Origin: Macrostomum lignano
Lineage: Eukaryota
Assembly (NCBI GenBank): GCA_002269645.1
Contig: NIVC01000494.1
Coordinates: 434,001 to 498,000, forward strand
Length of the DNA: 64,000 nucleotides
Reading direction: 5' to 3'
Below are positions 33,914 through 46,510 of this stretch, in pieces. The notes under the pieces are model-generated. The model did no database searches, was not told the DNA's origin, and was given only the letters and a program-made list of their open reading frames with translations. The translations under genes and the position numbers were made by a program. Positions within the stretch are counted from its first letter, which is position 1, and every line of letters starts with the position of its first letter.

Positions 33914-34502
33914 CATGCATTTCGTAGCTTATTGGGCCGCGGTTTTTCTCTGTTCAGGAGTCTGTTGAAAAATCCAATGCAAAGCCCTGACTAAAAAGTT
34001 CTATTTCCAAGTCAGACAGAGCAATTTTGGGGTGAGTGCTGTGCTGTATAGTGGAGTGGGATAGAGTTCTCCCTCTCCTACGCTTTCTAACCTTCTAACT
34101 GTCTGTGGCGCCACCGCCGCTAAAACAACTGTAATACAATAGGCTGTGAATAAGTGTGAAGGGACTGCCAGGGGGTGTTGGGGGACAATACCCCCCCCCC
34201 ATCAAGCGCACATTTAGGGGGAGACGTACTCTCATGCCTTCAGTAAATTCCATGGCAATTCCGTGGAAATTATTTTTGAACCTGTAACTAAACAAACTAC
34301 AAGCGTAAGCTAAAATCTTTAATTCCTGAGAAGTTTGTAGAGAACGATTGTATACTATATTTTCTAACTAAATCTGAATTAACCTTATTTTGCGAGAAAA
34401 TACCGGATTAATCAAGTACAATCATAAAGGAACCTTTCTTTACCTTTGCTAATTCAATCAGAAAGCAACTGGCTAAGAGCTGTCATTCCCACAAGCGCTG
34501 AA

Positions 34503-37500
34503 ATGCTCAGCCTCTGGTTACTGTGGACAAGCAGCATCCTGTTTGGGTAAGCAAATAACATTTTAACAATATTTTACCGCAAAAAATATCAAAGAAAAAG
34601 AGAAATCAAGTGACTAGTAATTATTCATTCAAGATTAAAAACTGGGTAAACTGCTACCTGAGTTACCTAGGCTTTTGAAGATACAAATACTATATTTATT
34701 AAAACGACTTGTCCTCTTTCCAAAAAAACTAAATTAGATTAAAAGACAGGGTCTCAAACATTTTACTGTTTATTGCTTTGGTCCATGTTCGACCGAAGTA
34801 GCTCGTATTTTATTATAACATTTGTGCTTTGTGTGTAACACTGCATTTTTACCCTATCATAATTCACTATACAACATTTGCATCCTAATAAAAGTGTAAA
34901 ATTTGATAAACAAAAACCTTGTCGTGTCGCTAACTTCCCAGGAACTATTAGCTACATTCTAGAAATTTTGATATATGCATACAATTATTTACGAGTAGTT
35001 AGCTCGTAGTTCACTGTAAAGTTAACAACACAACAACAAAATACGCTGTCATGATGGTAAAAGTCAGCGTCACAGGGCGCGCTTCATGGCTTGGGCGCGA
35101 ACAAAGGCCGCGCCACCGGCAGTGTCCGGGGCGCCGGCGTCAGCCAGCAGACAGTCGACATAACGCCGAGTTCGCGCTTGACCTCGCCGGTAGGGTGCCT
35201 GCAGCGTGAGCAGCAGCACCTCCTGCACCGGCTGTGGGCAGTACGACTCGGCGCGGATGAGATGGCCTGCGAGCTGGAGTAGCCGACGGCGCAGTAGATC
35301 ACTTGGACGTGGCAGGCCAGCGCGGCGATAGAGTGCCGCGTTGGTGACTCGCTCGACGCCGATGTTGAAGGCGGCGCGCAGCAGACCAGCGTGCGCCGCA
35401 TCGACTTGCTGTTCGAGTGAGTCCGTCAGCGTCCAGGTCTCGGCGTTGTACAGCAGGACGGTCTCGATTACCGCCTGGAACAGCGCCGCCCTCTGGCGGT
35501 CCGGTAGGGCCTCGGACTGCAGGACTGCCCTCACAGAACGAAAGGCAGCCCAGGCAAGCCCGCGGCGGCGTCGCAGGTCCTCGCGAGCGTCTGGAACCAG
35601 ACCGCCGAGGTAGACGAACTGCTGACATCGCGGGAGTTCGGTCGCCTGCCCGTCAGCGCCTCGGCAAAATATTGCAGCCTCGATGTCGTCCGGCACGCAC
35701 AGCACAACGGTCTTCTGCGTGTTGACCACCAGGCCGACACTCGCCGCAACGGCAACCAGCCTGTCCAGCTGCCGTTGGGCGCCCTCGACGGTCGAGGACA
35801 GCAGGGCGAGGTCGTCGGCGTAGCCAAGCACGCTGAGCCGCTTCTCCGGTTGACGTCGACCCACGCGTCGCTGCAGCAGAAAACCGTCGTCGTCGGTAGG
35901 AAGAGCAGTTCGCAGCACCCAGTCAAGCACCAGGACGAACAGGAAAGGCGCCAGCGTATCTCCCTGAAGCACTCCGGAGGATGTCTCAAAGGAGTCCGAT
36001 AGGCCGTCCGGTGTTGTCACAGCAGCTGTCGTATCACGGTACATCGCCATGATGGCGGAGATCAGCTGCTCAGGCACGTTGTACGCGCGGAGCACCATTG
36101 GAAGCACGGCTCTGACAACCGAGTCGAATGCCTTCTTGAAATCAATAAAGATTAAAATCAGGATCGACTGACGAATCCGCGCCTCCTCGATGACTCGGCG
36201 AAGAGCCAGGATCTGCGCCACTGTGCCGCGATGGGGCCGGAACCCGTTCTGCTCTGGGCGCAGGTACGGATCCAGCACGGGCTGCAACCGCGAAAGCAGC
36301 ATCCGGTTGAACAGCTTCGCTGCACAGGACTGAAGGCAGATGCCTCGATGGTCTTCAAGCCTAGTGGTGCCCGGCTTCTTTGGAACAGCGACGATGTGCG
36401 CCGTGGTCCATTCGTTGGGCGCCGCCTCACCGAAGAGCACGCGGTTCATCACTCTGGCGACCTCAGCGGCCACACAGGGGATGCGCAGCGCCTCGATGGG
36501 CACCTCGTCCGGACCCAGCGCTTTCCCGCCCGGTGACTGCTGGGCGAGCTTGACAACGTCGGCTGCGTTGACTGGAGCTACGCTGAAACTCTCCTCTGCC
36601 GGCAGCGGCGTCTCCGGCGGCAGCGTCAGACTGTCTGGCAGCGGGGGTGGCGGCGCGTTGACGATGGCGGCGAAGAACTCGCGCAGCTCGTTCCTACGCT
36701 CGTCCGGCGTGTCACCAGCCAGGTTCAGCGGATTGCGCCGCTTTCGTCCCGTCAGAGCGTTGATGGCGGACCAGGCCACGCGCCCTCTGGCATCGGGCCC
36801 AGCGGCAGAGACAGCCTGAATGGCGTCATCGACAAGTTAACTACGTAAAGTTAACTACGAGCATTACCCAACTATTCTGGCAATTTCTATGCCCTATCCG
36901 TATGCCAAATATGGGCAACGTTCATAGAAACTTCCCTCGCGCATCCCCGATCAGTCTAGAAATAGAAACATCCCCTGTTAGCATAACCAAGACTCTCATC
37001 TCATGCTACTGCGCTGCTGGTTACTAGCTATGTACTAGATGTATTACTAGCAGCTTTCTTAGCTGCCGAACACTTTTTGTCGGTCTGACAACGCCGATAA
37101 TTTGATTTTTCTGTGACTCTGTTCGTTCATTTACTCAAAGATACAAAAAACATCTTGTTAAGTTGTTATAATAGCCAAATTGACTCTCAGAAACCATAAT
37201 GTCTGGTATTTAGATGCTAAATAGAATCGGTAAAATAGAGAGAATGGATTGCAAGGAAGGCTATCATGGCAGCTATTAAGAACTTGAATTCGATTTCAGA
37301 TTCCTGATGAAGTCTTTGCATTGACCTGGGACTACTCAATACTCGGGACAGTAAATGTCAAAGCTTGAAAAGCCTATCTATCAATAACTTAGTCCTCGAA
37401 AATAATTACTTTGCTATGTTCCACCTTGTCGTCATTAAGTTTGTGTCTCTGGTAAAAACCTATCTAATTATTAGGCCTCAAGTTTGTCGTTTCCAGTCCC

Positions 37501-40289
37501 GAGTATTGAGCAGTCCCTGACATTATCCTTAAGTTCTGACCTTCGTCCAGCCACCCACTGACTATCCCAAAAAGATTTTATATATTTATAAAATATCGCA
37601 GCCGACGTTGTCAAGCTCGCCCAGCAGTCACCGGGCGGGAAAGCGCTGGGTCCGGACGAGGTGCCCATCGAGGCGCTGCGCATCCCCTGTGTGGCCGCTG
37701 AGGTCGCCAGAGTGATGAACCGCGTGCTCTTCGGTGAGGCGGCGCCCAACGAATGGACCACGGCGCACATCGTCGCTGTTCCAAAGAAGCCGGGCACCAC
37801 TAGGCTTGAAGACCATCGAGGCATCTGCCTTCAGTCCTGTGCAGCGAAGCTGTTCAACCGGATGCTGCTTTCGCGGTTGCAGCCCGTGCTGGATCCGTAC
37901 CTGCGCCCAGAGCAGAACGGGTTCCGGCCCCATCGCGGCACAGTGGCGCAGATCCTGGCTCTTCGCCGAGTCATCGAGGAGGCGCGGATTCGTCAGTCGA
38001 TCCTGATTTTAATCTTTATTGATTTCAAGAAGGCATTCGACTCGGTTGTCAGAGCCGTGCTTCCAATGGTGCTCCGCGCGTACAACGTGCCTGAGCAGCT
38101 GATCTCCGCCATCATGGCGATGTACCGTGATACGACAGCTGCTGTGACAACACCGGACGGCCTATCGGACTCCTTTGAGACATCCTCCGGAGTGCTTCAG
38201 GGAGATACGCTGGCGCCTTTCCTGTTCGTCCTGGTGCTTGACTGGGTGCTGCGAACTGCTCTTCCTACCGACGACGACGGTTTTCTGCTGCAGCGACGCG
38301 TGGGTCGACGTCAACCGGAGAAGCGGCTCAGCGTGCTTGGCTACGCCGACGACCTCGCCCTGCTGTCCTCGACCGTCGAGGGCGCCCAACGGCAGCTGGA
38401 CAGGCTGGTTGCCGTTGCGGCGAGTGTCGGCCTGGTGGTCAACACGCAGAAGACCGTTGTGCTGTGCGTGCCGGACGACATCGAGGCTGCAATATTTTGC
38501 CGAGGCGCTGACGGGCAGGCGACCGAACTCCCGCGATGTCAGCAGTTCGTCTACCTCGGCGGTCTGGTTCCAGACGCTCGCGAGGACCTGCGACGCCGCC
38601 GCGGGCTTGCCTGGGCTGCCTTTCGTTCTGTGAGGGCAGTCCTGCAGTCCGAGGCCCTACCGGACCGCCAGATGGCGGCGCTGTTCCAGGCGGTGATCGA
38701 GACCGTCCTGCTGTACAACGCCGAGACCTGGACGCTGACGGACTCACTCGAACAGCAAGTCGATGCGGCGCACGCTGGTCTGCTGCGCGCCGCCTTCAAC
38801 ATCGGCGTCGAGCGAGTCACCAACGCGGCACTCTATCGCCGCGCTGGCCTGCCACGTCCAAGTGATCTACTGCGCCGTCGGCGACTCCAGCTCGCAGGCC
38901 ATCTCATCCGCGCCGAGTCGTACTGCCCACAGCCGGTGCAGGAGGTGCTGCTGCTCACGCTGCAGGCACCCTACCGGCGAGGTCAAGCGCGAACTCGGCG
39001 TTATGTCGACTGTCTGCTGGCTGACGCCGGCGCCCCGGACACTGCCGGTGGCGCGGCCTTTGTTCGCGCCCAAGCCATGAAGCGCGCCCTGTGACGCTGA
39101 CTTTTACCATCATGACAGCGTATTTTGTTGTTGTTTGTTGTATAAAATATCTAGAGCATGCTATCATAAATTATCTTCAAACCTGACGCAGAGCCGAGGC
39201 GGGACACTACTACTGTCGCGTTGGTGGAACAATTGTTGAAACCAGCGACCAACATGAACGCGTTGATCACTTGGTACTGCCATGGAAAGAAAACGCGATC
39301 AATTCAGCCAATATTAGTCACGAATGCAAATGGCAGTTCGAAGGTAATTTCAGTAGTGATCCCATCATGCTCCTGAGAGGATTTGACACATCCAAGGTGG
39401 ACCTGAGTCGCAGAAGGGTCGTCAGATCGGCTGAGTCTTCGATTTCGAGTTCGAGTACACCAGCTGCACGAATTCAGTACCGATTCGTGCTCGATCCTTG
39501 TGAGTAATCACATATTGTTATTACTGACTATGGAATTGCTTTTGCACTCTCAATATTGATGGTTCTTATTGTCTTGACTCTTGATTATGCTGTCTGTTAA
39601 TATTGATGTAACCGCCCTTGTCGCCTGTCCGCTCCGTTGAGAGACGAACGCATGACTAGAGGGGGCAATGACCGTAGGCTGCCTATGACCGGGCAATGAC
39701 CTGACGGACCTCCAGCACCAGACTGTCCCGCCCACATGATTGATAGCTTTGGTAGCGCTTCGTGACCAGAGGGCCAAGGACCCACATGGACCCCACCTGT
39801 AGCCAAGGTGCAATAGTTGGTCACTCGGTCATAGTCATAGTATGACCGAGTGGCTGCCACCACTCTATGTGACCTGGCCCAAAAAGTCAAAGTTGAATTT
39901 TATTTGTTTCGTGACTTGACGATAGCATGAATGTTTGAACTCTCGGATTGATCCCTTTCTGACATAATCGCGGCATCTAGGAATTCCCTAAGCAAGTGCC
40001 GAAGCAATTCGAACTCGCAAGTAGTGACTATCAATAGACTTTATCAGCCAATTCCAGAATTCCAGAATTGCGTGAATTCAAGAACGCTTACCATAAAACT
40101 TCATATTATTCCTTCATCTATGGCACATAGCTACAAACTGCCAGAACGAGCTATAAAAGAAAATTAGTCTATGGGAAAAAATGGCCATTGGAGTCTCGAA
40201 TAAAAAGTACAGCAAAATACTCTTGATGAAGAGTTCGCTTTAGCACACTAGAGAGAGAGGGAAAGAGAGAGAGAGAGAAAGAGAAGAGA

Positions 40290-40366
<77 letters not shown>

Positions 40367-43300
40367 TAATCTAGTGTCAAACGCACGAACTCCCACTTCC
40401 AGACCTCAAGCCTGGGAACAAAGTTCAGTGTTCACTTACTGATGCGGGCTCCTCTTCTTTGTCGGGCAGGTTCTCCGAGCTCATCTCTTCAAATATTCTT
40501 TCTCCGGAGTAGTCTTCTTGAATTATAGAATCGGCCGAATATGAGAGCTCAATAACTTAGTCCGTCGACGTCAATATATTTCTCGAGTGCAGAAATCGAT
40601 ATATTCCTCGAGTGCAGAAACCAATATATTCCTCGAGTGCAGAAATCAATATATTCCTCGAGTGCAGAAATCAATATATTCCTCGAGTGCAGAAACCAAT
40701 ATATTCCTCGAGTGTAGAAATCAATATATTCCTCGAGTGCAGAAATCAATATATTCCTCGAGTGCAGAAACCAATATATTCCTCGAGTGTAGAAATCGAT
40801 ATATTCCTCGAGTGTAGAAATCGATATATTCCTCGAGTGCAGAGATGCGCCCAATAAAAAAGCAAGGACTACTTAACAATTTAGGACGTTACACTCGCGA
40901 TTGGTAGAAATTCTAGAAAAGGCCGCTTGCTTTAGCTGTTTCTCTGGCTTTTCAATAAGCTTTTTCGATAAAGAAGCGAGTGCTAACCTATCTAGTGATA
41001 GGTGCTCATAAACTGTTCGCTATATATATATTTTTTTACGAATATACAATTAATAAATACAAATATAGTCGGTACAAGAAGTACATTACAATTGAAGAGT
41101 AGGATATGCAACTGATGGAACTCAGTATACAACTGTATAAGGCAAAATAGATCCAGATGAACATAAAGATGTTTAAAAGAGACATTCAGCTAGGTTTCAG
41201 TTTGCGAAGTCGGCGAGAGCAAGCAGTGGTTGATTGCCTGAAGTCTCGGATTCCTTTATAGATGGAGTTGGCCAGCCTTCGAGACACTCGCACACACAAT
41301 TTTTTTCGAATATTTTCTCAAACAAGCACGGAACTGTCAACACAACGCTGCCCAGAATCGCCTAGAAGAAATTGCTGACGAGGATCAGATGATTTTACCG
41401 GTAGACAGATCGACTGAAGCGCAGCTATGTGAGAATGAGCTGCAGGGCTTGCAGAGATTTCACAGCTGCGCGTCCTGTTGAAAATTGCTTCCAGTTGACT
41501 GCGCTGCAGCCTGTGCTGAAAACCCAACTGCCATGTAGATGCTAGCCTTCTACAGATAAAATTGAATAATCACCGCAATACAGTCACTCGCGTATCTTTA
41601 TAGTAAGGACGAGAAATTAGGGTCAAAAGTTACATGAATTACCTTAACTTGCACAGGCAACGCATTGAGCCATGCTTCAGCTTCAGCTTCTTCCTTTGGA
41701 AAGCCGAAAACAGTGCATTTTTCGCCGCTTTTATAATTGCTTCTGCATCCTGGGACGCAGCATTCATTGGCATTTTGAACAAAAAGAACGTGTGATAAGA
41801 ATTTGGACGAAAAACAAAAATTGTTGCTTCACTTTGTTTAAACCTTGCACTGAGAGTATGAGAGTTTGTTAGTGAAAAGGCTTCATTGCCATAGACACAG
41901 CGGAGCAAGCGGCCTTTTCTAGAAGTTCTACCATTCGCGAGTGTAACGTCCTGAGTTGTTAAGTAGTCTTTGTAAAAAAGTTAACTTTATAACAACAACG
42001 AGATCCTCCGAAAGGGCGTCTTCTTCTAGAAATAACGGAATCAGAGTCGTGTGCTCCTATCGGTTACTCTAGGGTACCAAACTCAATCAATCAGTAATCG
42101 ACTAAGAGTATTGGAATCGGTCCGCAGATCCTATCCAATCCCTTAGGAATAGGGCGGCCTCAAATTCAATAGCTCAATAAATCGACTGATCAGTAACGGC
42201 CGGCAATGACACAGCTCTCACTAATCGAATAACAAAGACTCAAATAACAAAGACTCTAACAAAGGCTTACCAATTGGTGTTTGTCTCTCTCAGAGATATA
42301 GCCTTGCTTAGTAGCTCTGGCTAAGCCTAAGATCTCTTAAGGCTGCTCCGAGTCTGAGGTTTCAGCTCGGATTTTCGCTTGTATTTATACACGATTTCAT
42401 TCGACCTTGAGCTTCAAACTGGTTTTATTGATAAGAATCAAAAGATGGACTTTGTCTCTTGACCGGTGGGGTTTTACATAGAAAGGGGGTGAAGCTTAGA
42501 TCGCATTAAATTGACATTTAACATATTTGGAAAACCGATTTTTCGGACTATGTAACGATCACTCGCAGTTTACGTGATATTGCATGCATTACTGAAAATA
42601 GAGTATGACGCATGTTAGTTTTAAATAGTATTCATGTTTTTATCTTGCTACTTTTAGTAGGCTACTATGTTTAGAGATCTCTACATTGAAATCAACTCGA
42701 ACCAGATTAACTAGAACCAAACTCATCTTACTGAGTAACGAGGTTAATTTGGGTAAAAAATGGAGACAAAGGTCTTTTAAAGTCTAAGTTTTTAACTTTA
42801 AGCTGCCGGATGGTCACCAGAGCTGACCACGGACCAACAGCCTTTACTGCCGGTAATGTTTTGGAGTCTATGGTAAAAGAAAAGTTATGTGCTGCATAGT
42901 ACACCTTTTCACGTTCAATTTTGAACAAAGTCCAGTTCTAAAAAAACTAGCGGAAATTCAATTCAGACAATTCAGACTGGGGACAATTTTGTCTATGGCT
43001 AAACCTCGCTTCCGTAGCAGAATGTTTAGAACTGGGTTTTGTTGCCCCAGTCTGAATTGTCTGAATTGAATTTCCGCTAGTTTTTTTAGAACTGGACTTT
43101 GTTCAAAATTGAACGTGAAAAGGTGTAGTTGTACCTGCCGAGCAGGATCAGCAGCGTTGATCATACGAAAAATGGGTGAAAAAGTCCTACTTATCTGCAA
43201 TGGAATCCAGTGACTCGGTTTTAGCATTCTCTGTGATGACATCATCAGTCTCAGAATCTGATGTATGCAAAAGTTCCATGGTTGTAGCTGATTTACTTTT

Positions 43301-45467
43301 CAATAAAATGATGCACTACTCGTATTAAGGAAGTCCAGTGCTTTCTCTTTCAAAAAAGCCTGTTTGCAGATTTTAAAGTGAACTGTAGCTAGTGGCTATT
43401 GCTAGATATCGAGTGCACACACTGCATAATCTATGTAAATAATAAACGCCGTTTAATTCACATTCTGTGGTTAGAATGTCCGAGGCTGCGTTTAATGGTC
43501 TCGAGGCTACGCTAGTGCTACGCTCGCCTCGAGACCATTAAACGCAGCCTCGGACATTCTAACCATAGACTATGATGAATTAAACGGCGTTTATCATATA
43601 TTAAATTCGATTGCTTCTGATTTCGAGGAGATTATATGATATAATATCCTAGTTTTTGTTAAAAATTACCACAGACAACACATTCCCGGCTCAGAATAGT
43701 ACAATTTTTTTACGATTAAATAAGCAATCGTATTTTATATAGAGAGCATTAAGAAAAATGCACTTTGAAACTGCTTTTTTCGACCCTAGATTTGTCCAAG
43801 CCAAGTATAAAATGCTCCCTTCTCGGCTAGAAAGGCTTTGCACAGCGGCGCATTAAGATTCTAGCTATAGTCTATGGCCAGCCCAGCTGACCGTGTCGGC
43901 AGGAACGGAGCTTTTGTATTTCTAGCTCCGGCGCGAAAAGGGACTGCAATTATCCAATAAATTAGCTACTGAAACGCACCTCAAATTTTGATTTCAGAAA
44001 CAATAACTTTAAATTATTTTCCTCTTTCAGTCGTTTCTAAAGGAACCTGTCCTGGTAGAGCTAATCGAGACTGGCGCTCTGTGGACCTGGACACGGTTCG
44101 AGTTTTTCAGATTTCAAAACGGTAGGTTCTTCCGCCTCTAACCGGTAGTTCAGCTAAATTTTAATTTTAGTTGAACGTTGTTCTACACTTCAGGGCTGAT
44201 TTGATTGTCCAGTTTACCGCTAACTCGAGCGGGAATCCCCACGACACACCAAGTCTGCAAATCCAGCTGATGGAGCCGGGATTCTGCAGCAAGGACGTTG
44301 TATACTTTGAGCACAGCTGCTACTCAATCTCATCGGCTCGGAGGTCACTGAAAGCAGAGCTGACAGCAATCTGCAGAGATGCAGGACTCGCACAGTTGGC
44401 CTCTTTTAACAGCTCCAGCGCTCTGCAGAACTTTGTGGAAAAAAGTAAGCTGCCATGGTTATAAGTGGCTGAGGATTGCATGATTACGCAATTTGACTCA
44501 AACTCTGTGGATGACTTTTGCAGGCCAGCGGACCCGTGTTGGAACCGGTATGAAAGCCCGCAGCAAAACTCCGCTGAATCTCACACAGCCAGTTCGCATC
44601 GGGCTTCTGCACGATCGACTGAATGACTCCATTTTCTACCTGAGTAATTCAAAGGGCGAGCTGGAGCTGAAGCCGCTTGTCGATTCCAGTAATCTGTGAG
44701 TATTTTCTCTATAGTCTTGTTCTCCATCAGGTGCCAGTCATAAATTGCTCGTATTTCTTAACTTCAGCTACTACAATGTCCGACCTACGAGTTCGAGATT
44801 CACGTGCGGCTGCCTCAGACTTGCTCAGACAGCCGATGGCACCGAGGTGTCCTTCGGAGTCGTCGAGTTTGTCAGCTGCAGCGAGTCGCTGCCGGCGCTG
44901 CTCAGCTTTCGAGACACCGCCAGAAACTGCTGCTGCGGCTGCAGCGCCAGAGCTGTGCTCAGCCAGATTGAAAGTGCGGAATCTCAAGCTACACCTAGTG
45001 AGATGCCACCCAGTTCAGCAGCTAGTGTGACTCCAAGTGGGACATCCAGTACAAAGACTACTGCACCGCATCGATCTGAAACTAGCAAGGCTGAGAAAGT
45101 CACACCGCCATCTGACTCTACCGATGCTTGTCGAAAGTCAACTGATGTTTGTAAGAGGGAGAGCTACAATTTCTTTATTCCGTTTGTAATTGTGCTCATC
45201 CTGCTTGTACTGGTGATCATAGTTTTTGTTGGTTATTGTATGTGCCATAATCGTGCGTCAAAACGCACTGATAAGAATGAAGTCAAATCAGATCAGATCA
45301 CCGAAGGATGGAGCGTCGACACATCCTCTACACCCCAATCTTCAGTACAGAACAGCAGAATCGCCAGTCGGAATTCATTGCATATTTGGAACAACAGTTT
45401 TGACCATAATGACTTGCAGAAACATTATTCATCGTGCAGCTATGCAGCTTTATCCACGAATGAATAA
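34503..45467 (+). CDS. Gene B4: CUB-like + CTLD-like type I membrane protein, about 521 aa, with two TE-expanded introns
   Basis: Exons 34503-34546, 39192-39499, 44031-44121, 44194-44444, 44524-44695, 44768-45467 (1566 nt, open, GT-AG). Exon sizes 44/308/91/251/172 are identical to B3. TM FFIPFVIVLILLVLVIIVFVGYCMC. Confidence 0.82.
35027..36833 (-). mobile_element. 5'-truncated RTE-group non-LTR retrotransposon (intact RT domain), copy 1
   Basis: ORF 35070-36779 has EQNGFR, FIDFKKAFDSV, SGVLQGDTLAPFLF, LGYADDL, FVYLG. (TTG)-type 3' tail. gtaaagttaac at 35016-35026 and 36845-36855 is the likely TSD. No endonuclease region present. Confidence 0.93.
37598..39140 (+). mobile_element. 5'-truncated RTE-group non-LTR retrotransposon, copy 2 (inverted relative to copy 1)
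   Basis: ORF 37661-39094 is almost identical to copy 1. 11-bp TSD tataaaatatc at 37587-37597 and 39141-39151. The empty site is visible in the B3 intron near 25300. Confidence 0.95.
40250..40362. repeat. (GA)n microsatellite
   Basis: Dinucleotide run. Confidence 0.98.
40573..40842. repeat. 25-bp minisatellite (aatatattcctcgagtgcagaaacc), about 11 copies
   Basis: Unit starts at 40573, 40598, 40623 and onward. Confidence 0.95.
40867..41968. mobile_element. About 1.1-kb non-autonomous element with 65-bp terminal inverted repeats
   Basis: 40867-40931 is the reverse complement of 41904-41968 with few mismatches. No transposase ORF inside. Confidence 0.7.
42900..43127. mobile_element. Foldback MITE: perfect 83-bp inverted arms, TA ends
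   Basis: 42900-42982 is the reverse complement of 43045-43127, with a 62-bp loop. Confidence 0.85.
43442..43594. mobile_element. Palindromic MITE (about 153 bp)
   Basis: ataaacgccgtttaattca..tggttagaatgtccgaggctgcgtttaatggtctcgaggc is mirrored by its reverse complement around a short loop. Confidence 0.8.
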
Positions 45468-46100
45468 GCAGCTTAAATTGTTTCGTTTTTGTGCATTCAA
45501 AAGTGCTCACCAAAGTGCAGATGAAACACAAAATCTATTTTATGTTTCCGTTTCTATGCTAACGATTTTTTCAATAAGCTGGATTTTAAATCCTCGTAAA
45601 TCTACATAGTAAATCTTAATCTTATGAGCGTATTTTGCATATCCAGGCAACTAAGCTTCTGCTCTTGTAAGCTGAATTGGTTAATAATTTTAATCACGTT
45701 AACACTTCTAATACTCGTAACAGCACCGTAAAAATTTATCAATCCATCGTTTCATCATCAGATTTTGTCACTGCATGTGTACTTTTATTTCATTCGCATT
45801 GATACTATAAATGCATATAGTTTTTTGCTAAAAAATAGGATGTTTCCTTTCTCTATGGGATAGATTCTCATTGTGGGTTAATCAGAATGATTTATCAACT
45901 ATCTTAATTATGATAGGATCATGACAGGTCTGTTTGCGGGTGTGTTTTTTGTGACTTTTTATTTATCTGACATCCCGATTCAATGTAATCAAACTATTCT
46001 TATTCAGCAGCTGACACATTGATCCAACAAGTTTGCTTTCTAATGTCCAGAGAATTGGTTGTATTCGAAAATACTCGTAATTGCTTGTAATAATTTCTAG

Positions 46101-46510
46101 CATTGGTAGTTTCTAAGTATGCAGCTGAGCTGGACATTGGTAGTTTCTAAGTATGCAGCTGAGCTGGACATTGGTAGTTTCTAAGTATGCAGCTGAGTTG
46201 GACATTGGTAGTTTCTAAGTATGCAGCTGAGTTGGACATTGGTAGTTTCTAAGTATGCAGCTGAGCTGGACATTGGTAGTTTCTAAGTATGCAGCTGAGC
46301 TGGACATTAGTAGTTTCTAAGTATGCAGCTGAGCTGGACATTGGTAGTTTCTAAGTATGCAGCTGAGCTGGACATTGGTATTTTCTAAGTATGCAGCTGA
46401 GCTGGACATTGGTAGTTTCTAAGTATGCAGCTGAGCTGGACATTGGTAGTTTCTAAGTATGCCGCTGAGTTGGACATTGGTAGTTTCTAAGTATGCAGCT
46501 GAGCTGGACA
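46101..46510. repeat. 34-bp minisatellite (cattggtagtttctaagtatgcagctgagctgga), about 12 copies
   Basis: Near-perfect tandem, no spacers. Confidence 0.96.

Larger units (their letters stand above)
14164..34620. repeat. Tandem segmental duplication: about 14164-22500 versus about 26050-34620
   Basis: Collinear matches run from B exon 4 through the 3' UTR, spacer, LINE remnant and cctaccctat block into the next gene's promoter and exon 1 (MLSLWLLWT). The copies differ by independent insertions. Confidence 0.85.

Noticed and set aside
30428-33916. Many MVPLSCILWCP ORFs on the minus strand
   Set aside because: Translation of the 23-bp minisatellite. No coding signal.
35084-39167. Alternative-frame and antisense ORFs within the RTE copies
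   Set aside because: By-products of GC-rich coding sequence. Duplicated only because the element is duplicated.
39822-39852. 12-bp perfect hairpin as a terminator or Helitron 3' end
   Set aside because: Eukaryotic intron. No CTRR terminus at the expected distance and no 5' TC end identified.
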